From a virus: a stretch of 43,750 nt of DNA. Position numbers and translations under genes: made by a program. The stretch lies in IMG/VR virus record IMGVR_UViG_3300033143_003067; one strand, written 5' to 3'. Below, piece by piece: positions 9,069 to 17,856 of this stretch. The notes below the pieces were generated by a model. That model saw nothing but the letters and a program-made list of their open reading frames with translations, ran no database searches and was not told where the DNA came from. Numbering within the stretch: position 1 is the stretch's first letter; each line of letters begins with the position of its first letter.

Positions 9069-12000
9069 AAAAACTAATTATAGGAATAATAATAGGAGCT
9101 ATTCTTTTTTCAGCAACTGCAGTATTAGCTGACAGAGGATTTTGGTTTTATAATGGAACAATTCTTAGACCAATACTTAATACTTGGAATATAGATATAG
9201 GTTCTGGTAATTTTACCACCACAGGCACAATATCAGATGGAGTATTAACTATATCAGATGGCTCTATAACTTCTGCCGTTAATGGGACTTTTTCTGGAAC
9301 ACTTCAAGCCGAACAACTCACCTCAACAGATGACGCTACTATTACAGATTTGCTTTCAGGAGCAAGAGCCCATTTTACCGCTACTTCTGAAACAATGGAT
9401 ACTCTAAGACTGAAAGCTACTACTTCTATTGGTTCAATTACCTTCACAGGCACGGGTGATGATGATATGTCTACAAGCGGGACATATATTGGCACATCTA
9501 ATACAGACTTTTATGTTGAAATAGATGGCACAGGTAATCCTAATACTTTTAAGTGGTCTAACGATGGCGGAGGGTCATTTGAAGCCACAGGAGTAGCAAT
9601 TACAAAGGCGGCTCAATCATTAGAAAATGATGTATCTATTACTTTTGTTGATGATGATAGTCACAATATGGGCGATAAATGGGAGTTTACCGCTAATGCT
9701 TATTCAGGCAATCTTTTAGAGTTTATGAATGTGTCAGGAAATGTTCGGGGCTACGCTACTGACCAGACACTTGTTTTAGACGCAATGGATTTACAGATAG
9801 ATAGCGATACTAAAGTTCTTGAGCTTGGTGAAGCGCAAGATTTTCGTATTCGCTATGATGGTTCAAACGCTTACATAGAAAACAGAATTGGAGGAGCGCT
9901 TTATATTGAGAATGAAGTAGCTGACGAGGATTTAATCTTTAGAATACTTGATGGAGCTCAAGTAAAATCTATAACTTGGGACGCTGATGTTGATAAACTT
10001 AAACACTCCGCAGGAACATTTGATTTTGATGATGATAATATCACCACAACAGGACTTATTACATCAAAGGTTTTACCTCATATTTATGTAGCCGCAAATG
10101 ATTCTTCAGCTAAAGGAAAAGCTCAAGCCGATTATGTAGCTGATGGCACATCAGATGAGGATACAATTAACTCTGCCCTTACGGCAGGGGCTGGGGGTAA
10201 AGTAATTCTACTTGAAGGAACATATACAATAGATGGAGCTATTCTTGTTCCAAGCGACACTACTCTTGAGGGTTCAGGTTATGGCACATTCATCACAATA
10301 GCTTCTGGAGTTAATGGAATAAATATGGTCCAGAACTCAGATGTTAGCGGTGGCAATAACAATATCAGGATAGCTAATTTAAGAGTTGATGGAACAGATA
10401 CGCAAGCTGCTACCACATCAGGTCAAAGCGGAGTATGGCTTCAAAAAGTAACCAATTCCATAGTAGAAGATGTTTGGGTGGAAAATCTTGGTCGTTTAGG
10501 TGTTCCTTCTTCCATAGGCATTCTTCTTTGGGAAACAACCGATACTATTGTAACCAACAACATTATAACTGATGTAACTGACGGCATAAATACCGCAGGT
10601 TCAGGCGCTGAATGTTATAGATTAGTGATAACAAATAATGTAATCAACAGCACCAATAGGGATTATGGAATCAATTTGTTTCACATCTACGATTCTATTA
10701 TATCTAATAATACTATAAGAGAATCTTTTAAAGATGGTATTTTTCTTAATACTCTTGCTCAAAGAAATCTTATTACTAACAATCAAGTTGAGAATAATGG
10801 GCGACAAACAGATAATACTTATAATGGTATTATTCTTCATAACAACGCTAACATAGCAGATAATACAATTTCTCATAATATCATCCGAGATGCCGCATCA
10901 GGAAACAATCAACAATATGGTATAGCCATAGGTTCTAATGCCGTAAGAAACAAGATATATTTTAACGACTTAAAAGATTCTGGACAGACAGGGGATTATA
11001 TTGATGCCGGAACAGATACAATAGCAGTAGGCAATGTAACCACAAGTGTTGCTAATGTTTTTGAAATACTGGATACAGGAACACAGTTAAGATTGGCGTA
11101 TGATACTTCTAACTATTTTACTTTTACAACCCAAAGCGATGGTGATTTAACTTTAGATAGTAATAAGGCAAGTTATGACTTAGATTTTGGAGATGGAAAT
11201 CTTCTTACCACAGGGTCTATTACATCTAATGATTTAACTTTAACTGAACCGGGGAGCGCATCTATTTCTTCTATGCTCACACTATCAAATAAGACAGGAG
11301 CAGCCACTGAATTGGGGGTTGCTATTGGTTCAGGTTTTTCAAAGACAAATGCAGGTTCTGAATTCTTTAATTTATGGGGACCAGATGTTAATACAACAAT
11401 ATTCGGTGGAGGTGTAACTGATGATGATTATAGAAGATATAGGATACTTGCTGATGGAAAAATGTGGTGGGGTTCAGGTGCAGCAAATGTAGATACAAAT
11501 CTTTATCGTAGCGCCGCAAACACTCTTAAAACTGATGATAGCTTAGATGTTGCTGGAAATATCTTAACACCGACTCTTACGGCATTGACTATAATAGTGG
11601 GAACTAATTCTGGAGCAGAAGAGAGAGTATTAACATTACAAAATAATGCCACAGCAGCAAATACAGCCACTGCGTTAAAGTTCACAAATAGCACATCTGT
11701 GGAATCAGGAGCTGGTTCTGAAATCGTTTCTGTTAGAACAGATAGCCCATCAAGTGGAAGCAGTGATTTTATAATAAGAACATCATTGGCTTTTACCCTT
11801 GCTGATAGATTTAAGATTTCTCCAAATGGAGCATTTACCTTTACGCCATCTGCGAATACAGACCTTGTAATGAATTTTGTTGGCACAACCAATTCTGGTA
11901 TTCTTACTTGGATGGAAGATGAGGATTATTTTTTATTTGATGCATCTATATTTACTACAGAAACAATGAGTGCTAATTCATTTTCTATTCTTGGAGATAG

Positions 12001-13171
12001 TGTTTTAAAAGCCAGTGATTTGGGAGCTACAAATAATACTGGAGGATTAGGAAATACCTTTTTAGGAATAGATATTGGAGCATTTAATGCTAATAACAAT
12101 AATACTTTTATTGGATTTACTTCTGGCAAAAGCAACACTTCGGCTGCAGGAAATACTTTTGTTGGATATGCTACTGGATATGATACTACTACAGGTGGTT
12201 CTAATACTTTTATAGGTAATTTATCTGGCAATAATGTTACTGAAGGAACATTAAATACTTTTTTAGGAGCAACTTCAGGAAATACTTTAACAACTGGCAA
12301 TAGTAATGTATTTATTGGAAATGCTGCTGGATATTATGAAACTGGTTCAAATAAACTTTTTATAGATAATCAGACGAGAACTAATGAAGCAACTTCAAGA
12401 ACTAATAGTTTAATTTATGGAGTATTTAATGCAACAGTAGCCAGTCAATCTTTAACAATGAATGCTGGGACATTTAATTTTAATGGAGGAACTAATAATG
12501 ATATAGTTCTTAATTTCACTGGCACAACTAATTCAGGATTATTAACTTGGATGGAAGATGAAAACCAATTTGATTTTGCTAATGAGGTAGTTTTAAAGGG
12601 TGATTCTCTAAGTCTTTATCAGGGCCTGAGTGATGACTTTAAACAATACTATGATGGAAATGACCAATACTTTGATATAAGCGAAGCAACAGCAAATGCT
12701 GGAACACCCGATATAATAATGAAACTCCAAGATAATGCTGGTGCTTCATCTTTTTGGATTAATGATAGTGATGATGAACCATTGTTTGGATTAACCTCTG
12801 ATGGAGGTATGACTGTTGTTGGAAATGCATTTGTCTGGGGAGCAATTTATTCTGGGACATTGGTGGTTGATTCTAGCAATGATGGAGCAGGTATAAATGT
12901 AAATCAGGTTAATACGATTTTTATTAATGCTTTAGATGATAATATTTCAATAAACGATTTTACTGGTGGGTCGCAGGGCCAGATTTTACATGTCGTTATA
13001 AAAGATAACACAAATCAAGTAACATTTGTTGATACATCAGGGGCAAATCAAGAAATGTATTTGCATGCTAAGACAAATTTAGTAATATCTGCTGGAGATA
13101 GAGGGGGGATTACTATTATTTGTGATGGAAGTGATTGGTATGATGTGTCCCACGCTAAACATGTGCCTTGA
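9065..13171 (+). CDS. Tail fibre/spike with a right-handed beta-helix (pectin-lyase-fold, depolymerase-like) core and YadA-head-like NTF[ILV]G repeats
   Basis: 1368 aa. PbH1-like repeats (NNIITD, ITNNVINS, ISNNTIRE, ITNNQVEN, ISHNIIRD) span about aa 340-640. (G)NTF[ILV]G repeats span nt ~12050-12330. The N-terminus MKKLIIGIIIGAILFSATAVLA is hydrophobic. Confidence 0.8.
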   Translation: MKKLIIGIIIGAILFSATAVLADRGFWFYNGTILRPILNTWNIDIGSGNFTTTGTISDGVLTISDGSITSAVNGTFSGTLQAEQLTSTDDATITDLLSGARAHFTATSETMDTLRLKATTSIGSITFTGTGDDDMSTSGTYIGTSNTDFYVEIDGTGNPNTFKWSNDGGGSFEATGVAITKAAQSLENDVSITFVDDDSHNMGDKWEFTANAYSGNLLEFMNVSGNVRGYATDQTLVLDAMDLQIDSDTKVLELGEAQDFRIRYDGSNAYIENRIGGALYIENEVADEDLIFRILDGAQVKSITWDADVDKLKHSAGTFDFDDDNITTTGLITSKVLPHIYVAANDSSAKGKAQADYVADGTSDEDTINSALTAGAGGKVILLEGTYTIDGAILVPSDTTLEGSGYGTFITIASGVNGINMVQNSDVSGGNNNIRIANLRVDGTDTQAATTSGQSGVWLQKVTNSIVEDVWVENLGRLGVPSSIGILLWETTDTIVTNNIITDVTDGINTAGSGAECYRLVITNNVINSTNRDYGINLFHIYDSIISNNTIRESFKDGIFLNTLAQRNLITNNQVENNGRQTDNTYNGIILHNNANIADNTISHNIIRDAASGNNQQYGIAIGSNAVRNKIYFNDLKDSGQTGDYIDAGTDTIAVGNVTTSVANVFEILDTGTQLRLAYDTSNYFTFTTQSDGDLTLDSNKASYDLDFGDGNLLTTGSITSNDLTLTEPGSASISSMLTLSNKTGAATELGVAIGSGFSKTNAGSEFFNLWGPDVNTTIFGGGVTDDDYRRYRILADGKMWWGSGAANVDTNLYRSAANTLKTDDSLDVAGNILTPTLTALTIIVGTNSGAEERVLTLQNNATAANTATALKFTNSTSVESGAGSEIVSVRTDSPSSGSSDFIIRTSLAFTLADRFKISPNGAFTFTPSANTDLVMNFVGTTNSGILTWMEDEDYFLFDASIFTTETMSANSFSILGDSVLKASDLGATNNTGGLGNTFLGIDIGAFNANNNNTFIGFTSGKSNTSAAGNTFVGYATGYDTTTGGSNTFIGNLSGNNVTEGTLNTFLGATSGNTLTTGNSNVFIGNAAGYYETGSNKLFIDNQTRTNEATSRTNSLIYGVFNATVASQSLTMNAGTFNFNGGTNNDIVLNFTGTTNSGLLTWMEDENQFDFANEVVLKGDSLSLYQGLSDDFKQYYDGNDQYFDISEATANAGTPDIIMKLQDNAGASSFWINDSDDEPLFGLTSDGGMTVVGNAFVWGAIYSGTLVVDSSNDGAGINVNQVNTIFINALDDNISINDFTGGSQGQILHVVIKDNTNQVTFVDTSGANQEMYLHAKTNLVISAGDRGGITIICDGSDWYDVSHAKHVP

Positions 13172-13208
13172 GTTTAAAAAGGTTGTTTAATAAATTAAAC
13201 AAAAAATT

Positions 13209-13511
13209 ATGAAAAAAAGACTTATACTATTTATAGCCATATTCGTAATAACGCTATTAGTTGGCTGGAGTGTTTATTCCTTTTATGCAATTGTTTGGAA
13301 TAAGTTAAGCAATTGGAATGAAATGAAACAAGATCTTTATAGAAATGCCGAGATTAATGTTGTTAATTCTATTATAAAGATAGTTGATGAGAAAGGAGAG
13401 GTTATTATAAACTTTCCAAGCGAAAAAGAGGGTATTCCAGGCAGACAAGTGATATTAATTAATAAAGTCGGATTACAACAATTAAATAATTTACAAAACA
13501 ATGAAGAATAA
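13209..13511 (+). CDS. N-terminally membrane-anchored small protein
   Basis: Track ORF with the TM segment LILFIAIFVITLLVGWSVYSFYAIVW. Confidence 0.65.
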   Translation: MKKRLILFIAIFVITLLVGWSVYSFYAIVWNKLSNWNEMKQDLYRNAEINVVNSIIKIVDEKGEVIINFPSEKEGIPGRQVILINKVGLQQLNNLQNNEE

Positions 13512-13538
13512 AGATTTTAAAATAATTAAAAACTATTT

Positions 13539-13928
13539 ATGTCATTCCAAAAAGGATTGTCAGGATTTTTAGGAAAGCATCATACAGAAATGAAAATGAG
13601 TGAAAATAGTTTTATGAAAGGAAAGTTTAACGAAAATTGTCCAAATTGGAAGGGAGGAATTAGAAAAATAAATAATGAAAGAAATGATAGTAAATATCAA
13701 TGGTGGGTCAATCAAGTCAAGAAAAGAGATAATCAAATTTGTAAGTTAAAAGATAAAAAATGTTTTGGATATAATATAGCTCATCATATTAAGGGTTGGT
13801 CACTATATCCAGAATTAAGATATAAAACTAATAATGGTATCACATTGTGCCATTTTCATCATCCTCGCAAGAGAGTTGATGAACAAAAACTTATACCATT
13901 CTTTAATAGTTTGGTGGAGGTTAAATGA
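13539..13928 (+). CDS. HNH endonuclease (129 aa)
   Basis: CKLKDKKC..AHHIKGW..NNGITLCHFHH matches the HNH motif. It resembles the C-termini of 3465.. and 14947... Confidence 0.85.
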   Translation: MSFQKGLSGFLGKHHTEMKMSENSFMKGKFNENCPNWKGGIRKINNERNDSKYQWWVNQVKKRDNQICKLKDKKCFGYNIAHHIKGWSLYPELRYKTNNGITLCHFHHPRKRVDEQKLIPFFNSLVEVK

Positions 13929-14323
13929 TTATTTTGAAAAATAAAGAAACAAAAATCGGATTAGTAGTAATAACTTTAATAGTAATTCTTACTATTGCTT
14001 ATTTCTCGTATAAAGATGCTCCTGTTGATATTCCTGTTGATATTCCTGAAGAAATTGATACTAATTACACGATTGCCCCAGAAGTTTTAGCAACCGAATA
14101 TGAAGTTTTTGAAGGAGTAGCTATATTACCTGAACCTGAAATTATCCCTTTAATAGAAGTATGTTTTAAAATCCCAGCTGATACAGAAGAAGCAGTAGAT
14201 AATATGGTAATGATAGCAATAGAAAGATGGCTTAGGGGTCAAAAGAAAACAGATATTGATACAATAGAATCACAAGTAGAATCTAATTTAGAGGAAATAA
14301 AGAAAGCTAATTTACCTAAATAA
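13925..14323 (+). CDS. Membrane-anchored acidic protein (spanin-like position)
   Basis: Track ORF, ATGA-coupled. The N-terminal TM segment is IGLVVITLIVILTIAYFSY and the ectodomain is acidic. Confidence 0.6.
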   Translation: MIILKNKETKIGLVVITLIVILTIAYFSYKDAPVDIPVDIPEEIDTNYTIAPEVLATEYEVFEGVAILPEPEIIPLIEVCFKIPADTEEAVDNMVMIAIERWLRGQKKTDIDTIESQVESNLEEIKKANLPK

Positions 14324-14325
14324 TA

Positions 14326-14550
14326 ATGGAAATTATAACAGAGATACTAAAATACGGCGGACCGACTGCTTCTGTTTGTGTTGTAGGATATTTTATTTTC
14401 AAAGAGTTCCTTAGATATCTTAAAGGAAGAGATGAAAGTTTTATCACTCTAATATCCAATCATATTACACACAATACAGAAGCAAGTAACAATCTTCAAA
14501 AAACAATTGCTGAGCTTATTACTTGGCTCAAAAGAAAAAACGGCAAGTAG
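14326..14550 (+). CDS. Small single-TM protein (holin/antiholin candidate)
   Basis: Track ORF with the TM segment GGPTASVCVVGYFIF and a charged C-terminus. Confidence 0.55.
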   Translation: MEIITEILKYGGPTASVCVVGYFIFKEFLRYLKGRDESFITLISNHITHNTEASNNLQKTIAELITWLKRKNGK

Positions 14551-14571
14551 TTCTTTTAAGGAGGTAGAAAA

Positions 14572-14784
14572 ATGGCGACCACAGAGGTCAAGTCAAACCT
14601 TGTTTACAGCAAGGAATTGGTCAATTTTGTAGCATATGCCAATGCGTGTAGGCATATCAAGGAATTGTTAATTGCTGCCGAAAAGACCAACGAAGTTGTT
14701 ATAATTGAGGTTTGGCAGTTTCCAGACACAAGACCTCCAGAAGCAACAGCCAAAATGAGGCTGGAACAGGACCTAAAGGGCTGA
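14572..14784 (+). CDS. Moron-like small protein of unknown function (70 aa)
   Basis: It is the only gene I found with a canonical AAGGAGG upstream of its ATG. Hand-counted GC is about 44%. A strong hairpin follows. Confidence 0.55.
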   Translation: MATTEVKSNLVYSKELVNFVAYANACRHIKELLIAAEKTNEVVIIEVWQFPDTRPPEATAKMRLEQDLKG

Positions 14785-14797
14785 GTTGCTTCTAACA

Positions 14798-14845
14798 AAG
14801 TCAAGGGGGGAAATTCTGAACTTCCCCTCAGTCCCCCCTTGACTT
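14798..14845 (+). terminator. 13-bp perfect inverted repeat hairpin downstream of 14572..14784
   Basis: AAGTCAAGGGGGG 14798-14810 pairs with CCCCCCTTGACTT 14833-14845. TTCCCC in the loop (14822-14827) can pair instead with GGGGAA. No clean T-run follows. Confidence 0.5.
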
Positions 14846-14857
14846 ACTTATTCTAAT

Positions 14858-14946
14858 ATCTTATAATTAAAGTATCCTGCGAGGAACATAAACTATTTAT
14901 GCCCCCTTAATCCTCGCAGGTTCTGGGGGCGTTTAATTATAAGATT
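14858..14946 (+). promoter_or_regulatory. Structured leader, copy B, in front of an HNH gene
   Basis: H1 is CCTGCGAGGA 14876-14885 / TCCTCGCAGG 14911-14920. H2 is GCCCCC 14901-14906 / GGGGGC 14925-14930, followed by GTTTAATT. The flanking blocks match copy A. Confidence 0.6.
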
Positions 14947-15507
14947 ATGCCAACAGGAATATATAAACATAAACCGCTTTCTAAAGAACATAAAAGAAAA
15001 ATAAGTGAAGCGATGAAAGGAAAGAGACCCCAAGATTATAAAAATTGGTGTCCAAGTTGTGGAATGAAAGGAAAAGTTGGTTATTGGAAAGGAAAAAAAA
15101 GACCATTGGCAGGACAATGGATGAAACAATTTAAAGGAAAAGGACTTCAATCTTGGATGAATATAAGTGGTTTAAAAAAAGGACAAGGTTGGAATAAGGG
15201 AGGAACTTCATGGAGTAAAGGTAAAAAATTATCTAAAGAACATGTAGAAAAAGTAAGACAATCTTTAATTAAAAGATCAGATAGAATTGGAAGGAAAAAA
15301 TATATAAGACCTAAACATAATACTCATTGGAAATATAGAGAATGGAGAAAATTAGTTTATGAAAGAGATAATTATAAATGTTGGATTTGTGAAGCTACTA
15401 ATTTGAATGCTCATCATTTGAAGTCGTGGGCTAAATATCCAAAATTAAGATACAAAGTAAATAATGGTTTAACTCTTTGTGAGTTTTGTCATAAAATATA
15501 TGCTTAA
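14947..15507 (+). CDS. HNH homing endonuclease with NUMOD3-like N-terminal motifs
   Basis: CWICEATNLNAHHLKSW..NNGLTLCEFCH matches the HNH motif. The N-terminus has MPTGIYKHKPLSKEHKRKISEAMKGK and WNKGG/SKGKKLSKEH repeats. Confidence 0.85.
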   Translation: MPTGIYKHKPLSKEHKRKISEAMKGKRPQDYKNWCPSCGMKGKVGYWKGKKRPLAGQWMKQFKGKGLQSWMNISGLKKGQGWNKGGTSWSKGKKLSKEHVEKVRQSLIKRSDRIGRKKYIRPKHNTHWKYREWRKLVYERDNYKCWICEATNLNAHHLKSWAKYPKLRYKVNNGLTLCEFCHKIYA

Positions 15508-16489
15508 ATTTATTACTAATTTCTTTAGAAATTTATTTAAAGAAAAAATAGAAAATGGAAAAGGTTGGACAAAAGATCCGACCGATTACAGAGATGTTTT
15601 ATTAGAATCAGTTATTAAAGATCGTGTTGATATACCAAAAACATATAATCTTCCATTTAAATTACCGATTAAGAATCAAGGAAGAGAACCTGCATGCGTA
15701 GGTTATGCCTGTTCTACTATTAAAGATTTTTTAGAATTAAAAGAACAAAATGAGATTGAGTTTGATGGATTATGGATTTATAAAAAAGCCAAAGAAATAG
15801 ATAATATGCCTAATTTTAAAGGAACTTATTTTAGGGCTGGTTTAAAAGTTTTACAGAAATTTGGAGCAAAACCATTAAATGGAAAAGAAGAAGATGCTGA
15901 AAAATATAAAATAGGAGGATATACTAAAGTTGAATCTAATTTTGAATCTATTAAAGAAGCTATTTATAGATTTGGGCCAGTGTTGGTTGGATTTAAAGGA
16001 TCTAATCAAGGTTGGAGGAATGCTCGTATTAGACCTCCAAAATTTGGTGAAAAAACATGGGGTCATGGTGTTGCTTTAGCGTTGGGATATACAAAAAATC
16101 TTATCATTATTCATAATTCTTGGGGTGAAAATAGAGGAGATAAAGGATATTTTTATTTTGATAAAAATTATCCTATAATATCTGCTCATGTTGTTTTAGT
16201 TGATCTTCCTAATAATTGGGCTGACCTTATTCCAAACAAGACCGACAAGCCCTCTCACTACTTCAGAGAGGACTTAAAAAGAGGTATGAGGGGTAGAGAG
16301 GTGGTAATGCTTCAAGATTGCTTAAAATGGCTTGGGTGCTTTGATAAAGCCATAGATAGCAGCGGTTTCTACGGCCAAATAACTCAAAACGCTGTTATTT
16401 GTTTTCAGAAGAGGTATAACATTTCCCCTCCTTATGGATATTTCGGCAAATTAAGTCGTGCTAAAATTAACGAAATACTTAATTCATAA
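15479..16489 (+). CDS. Endolysin candidate: papain-family (C1) cysteine peptidase fused to a C-terminal PG_binding_1-like domain. The likely start is ATG 15500.
   Basis: The Q67-x5-C73 spacing (NQGREPAC) matches papain. H196 (WGHGVAL) and N213 in NSWGENRGDKGYFYF complete the catalytic set. The C-terminus reads LKRGMRGREVVMLQDCLKWLG..FYGQITQNAVICFQK. Confidence 0.75.
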   Translation: MSFVIKYMLKFITNFFRNLFKEKIENGKGWTKDPTDYRDVLLESVIKDRVDIPKTYNLPFKLPIKNQGREPACVGYACSTIKDFLELKEQNEIEFDGLWIYKKAKEIDNMPNFKGTYFRAGLKVLQKFGAKPLNGKEEDAEKYKIGGYTKVESNFESIKEAIYRFGPVLVGFKGSNQGWRNARIRPPKFGEKTWGHGVALALGYTKNLIIIHNSWGENRGDKGYFYFDKNYPIISAHVVLVDLPNNWADLIPNKTDKPSHYFREDLKRGMRGREVVMLQDCLKWLGCFDKAIDSSGFYGQITQNAVICFQKRYNISPPYGYFGKLSRAKINEILNS

Positions 16490-16520
16490 AGGTCGCAGAG
16501 AATAAATAACATTTATTATT

Positions 16521-16748
16521 ATGAATAAATTATTACGCTCAAGCGCAAATCCTGAAAAGTTATCCCTTACTATAAAGGGAGTGCTACTTGCTTTAATTCC
16601 AGTTGCTGTTTTTCTTCTTGCTAAATTGGGATTTGATTTAACAGAAGTTGAATTGCTTGAATTAGCAAATGCTTTTGTTGTTGTTGTATCAGCAGTTTTA
16701 GTATTTATTGGACTTATGAGAAAGATAATTATAAAATTAAAGCAATAA
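16521..16748 (+). CDS. Holin-like two-TM protein (75 aa)
   Basis: TM1 is GVLLALIPVAVFLLAKLGF and TM2 is AFVVVVSAVLVFIGLM, with a basic C-terminus. The gene lies directly after the endolysin candidate. Confidence 0.55.
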   Translation: MNKLLRSSANPEKLSLTIKGVLLALIPVAVFLLAKLGFDLTEVELLELANAFVVVVSAVLVFIGLMRKIIIKLKQ

Positions 16749-16785
16749 AAGGTCGTCAATAGTTAACTAACATTTATATATAAAA

Positions 16786-16911
16786 ATGATTAATTTTAAA
16801 TTGGAAGAGGAGTCAACTCCTGAGGCTGGAGGTTCTGATACTCCAGAGGAAACTCCAGAAGAAACTCCTGAAGAAGAAACTTCAAGTGAAGAAACTTCTG
16901 ATGGCGAGTAA
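16786..16911 (+). CDS. Acidic 41-aa protein (TPEE repeats)
   Basis: Hand-translated as MINFKLEEESTPEAGGSDTPEETPEETPEEETSSEETSDGE. It is the last + strand ORF before the terminator. Confidence 0.4.
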   Translation: MINFKLEEESTPEAGGSDTPEETPEETPEEETSSEETSDGE

Positions 16912-16952
16912 AAGAAAAAGAAATCTCGCCAAAAGACGTAAAAGACGATTAA

Positions 16953-16983
16953 AAAAGTCCCCACAAACCTAACGGGGACTTTT
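16953..16983. terminator. Bidirectional intrinsic terminator between the convergent late (+) and early (-) blocks
   Basis: AAAAGTCCCC 16953-16962 pairs with GGGGACTTTT 16974-16983 across an 11-nt loop. A/T runs flank both sides. Confidence 0.75.
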
Positions 16984-17116
16984 ATGATACCGATCTGCCG
17001 CTATAAAGATACACAACAGACTTCATTTAGAAAAGTGTTTCCCTTGTTGACAATGAAGCCAAGCAAAAGGACTTATCCTAATAGCCAGCCCATCTTCTCA
17101 CGAGCAGATCAGTATC

Positions 17117-17671
17117 TTATTCAATGTCTTTAAAATAATGAGTAATTCCTAATCTTTTACAAACTCCTTTTAAAGTTTCTCTAACTTCATCATTAAAAGG
17201 ATTCATCTTTTTATCTTTTGTTAAAAAAGCATTTAATTCTTCTTGTATTCCATGTTCATAATCAAATCTTCCCATTTTTATCTTGATAATTTCATTCAGA
17301 AATCCTGCTACTATTATTATTGAAATCCCAGCCAAGAAAGATAGAGAAGGTATCCATACTTTAAGAAAAGTCATAATTACTGAAACCCTTGCCACATCTG
17401 GAATAACAAAGGCATTAAATAGTGAATACCAGTAATTTCCTCTTTCTCTCCAAGTTAATCTTTTAGATATTCCTAAAAAAAGTTTGCTTTTGGGGATATT
17501 CTTTTCGTTTAACTTTTGAAGGATATAATAGAATAATAATTCAAATATCTTTATTTTCCACCATTTTTTAATCATATATTTGATTCCAATAACTTTAATA
17601 TCTGCCAAAGAATATATGCTATTACTAAAAGAGTTATCCAGTTTAATCCTAAAGCTAATGCTTTTGTCCAT
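17117..17671 (-). CDS. Membrane protein, last gene of the early block
   Basis: Track ORF with hydrophobic segments VSVIMTFLKVWIPSLSFLAGISIIIVAGFL. An alternative internal start is possible. Confidence 0.65.
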   Translation of the reverse strand: MDKSISFRIKLDNSFSNSIYSLADIKVIGIKYMIKKWWKIKIFELLFYYILQKLNEKNIPKSKLFLGISKRLTWRERGNYWYSLFNAFVIPDVARVSVIMTFLKVWIPSLSFLAGISIIIVAGFLNEIIKIKMGRFDYEHGIQEELNAFLTKDKKMNPFNDEVRETLKGVCKRLGITHYFKDIE

Positions 17672-17683
17672 TGAACTTTTGTT

Positions 17684-17854
17684 TCATCGTTTGTCATCTT
17701 TAAGCCATTTTAGGAGTTTGATATAACAAGGTTTGCATAAATCAAAAGAATCTTTAAAATACCAACTTACTTCTTTGCGGGCCATTTTTTCAATTCTTAA
17801 TCTAAGTTCATCTTTCATTTCCTTTTTACACTTATCACAATAATGTTTAGTCAT
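17684..17854 (-). CDS. Zinc-ribbon microprotein (56 aa)
   Basis: Hand-translated codon by codon as MTKHYCDKCKKEM...LCKPCYIKLLKWLKDDKR, with CxxC...CxxC. Confidence 0.55.
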   Translation of the reverse strand: MTKHYCDKCKKEMKDELRLRIEKMARKEVSWYFKDSFDLCKPCYIKLLKWLKDDKR

Positions 17855-17856
17855 AG

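Noticed and set aside
14604-14804. Track ORF antisense to the moron-like gene
   Set aside because: It has no start context, whereas the + strand ORF has a strong SD and matches the block orientation. I note that both frames are open.
16767-16964. Track ORF on the - strand (Ser/Val/Gly-rich)
   Set aside because: It is the antisense shadow of the + strand TPEE-repeat ORF and would run against the + strand block, upstream of the convergent terminator.
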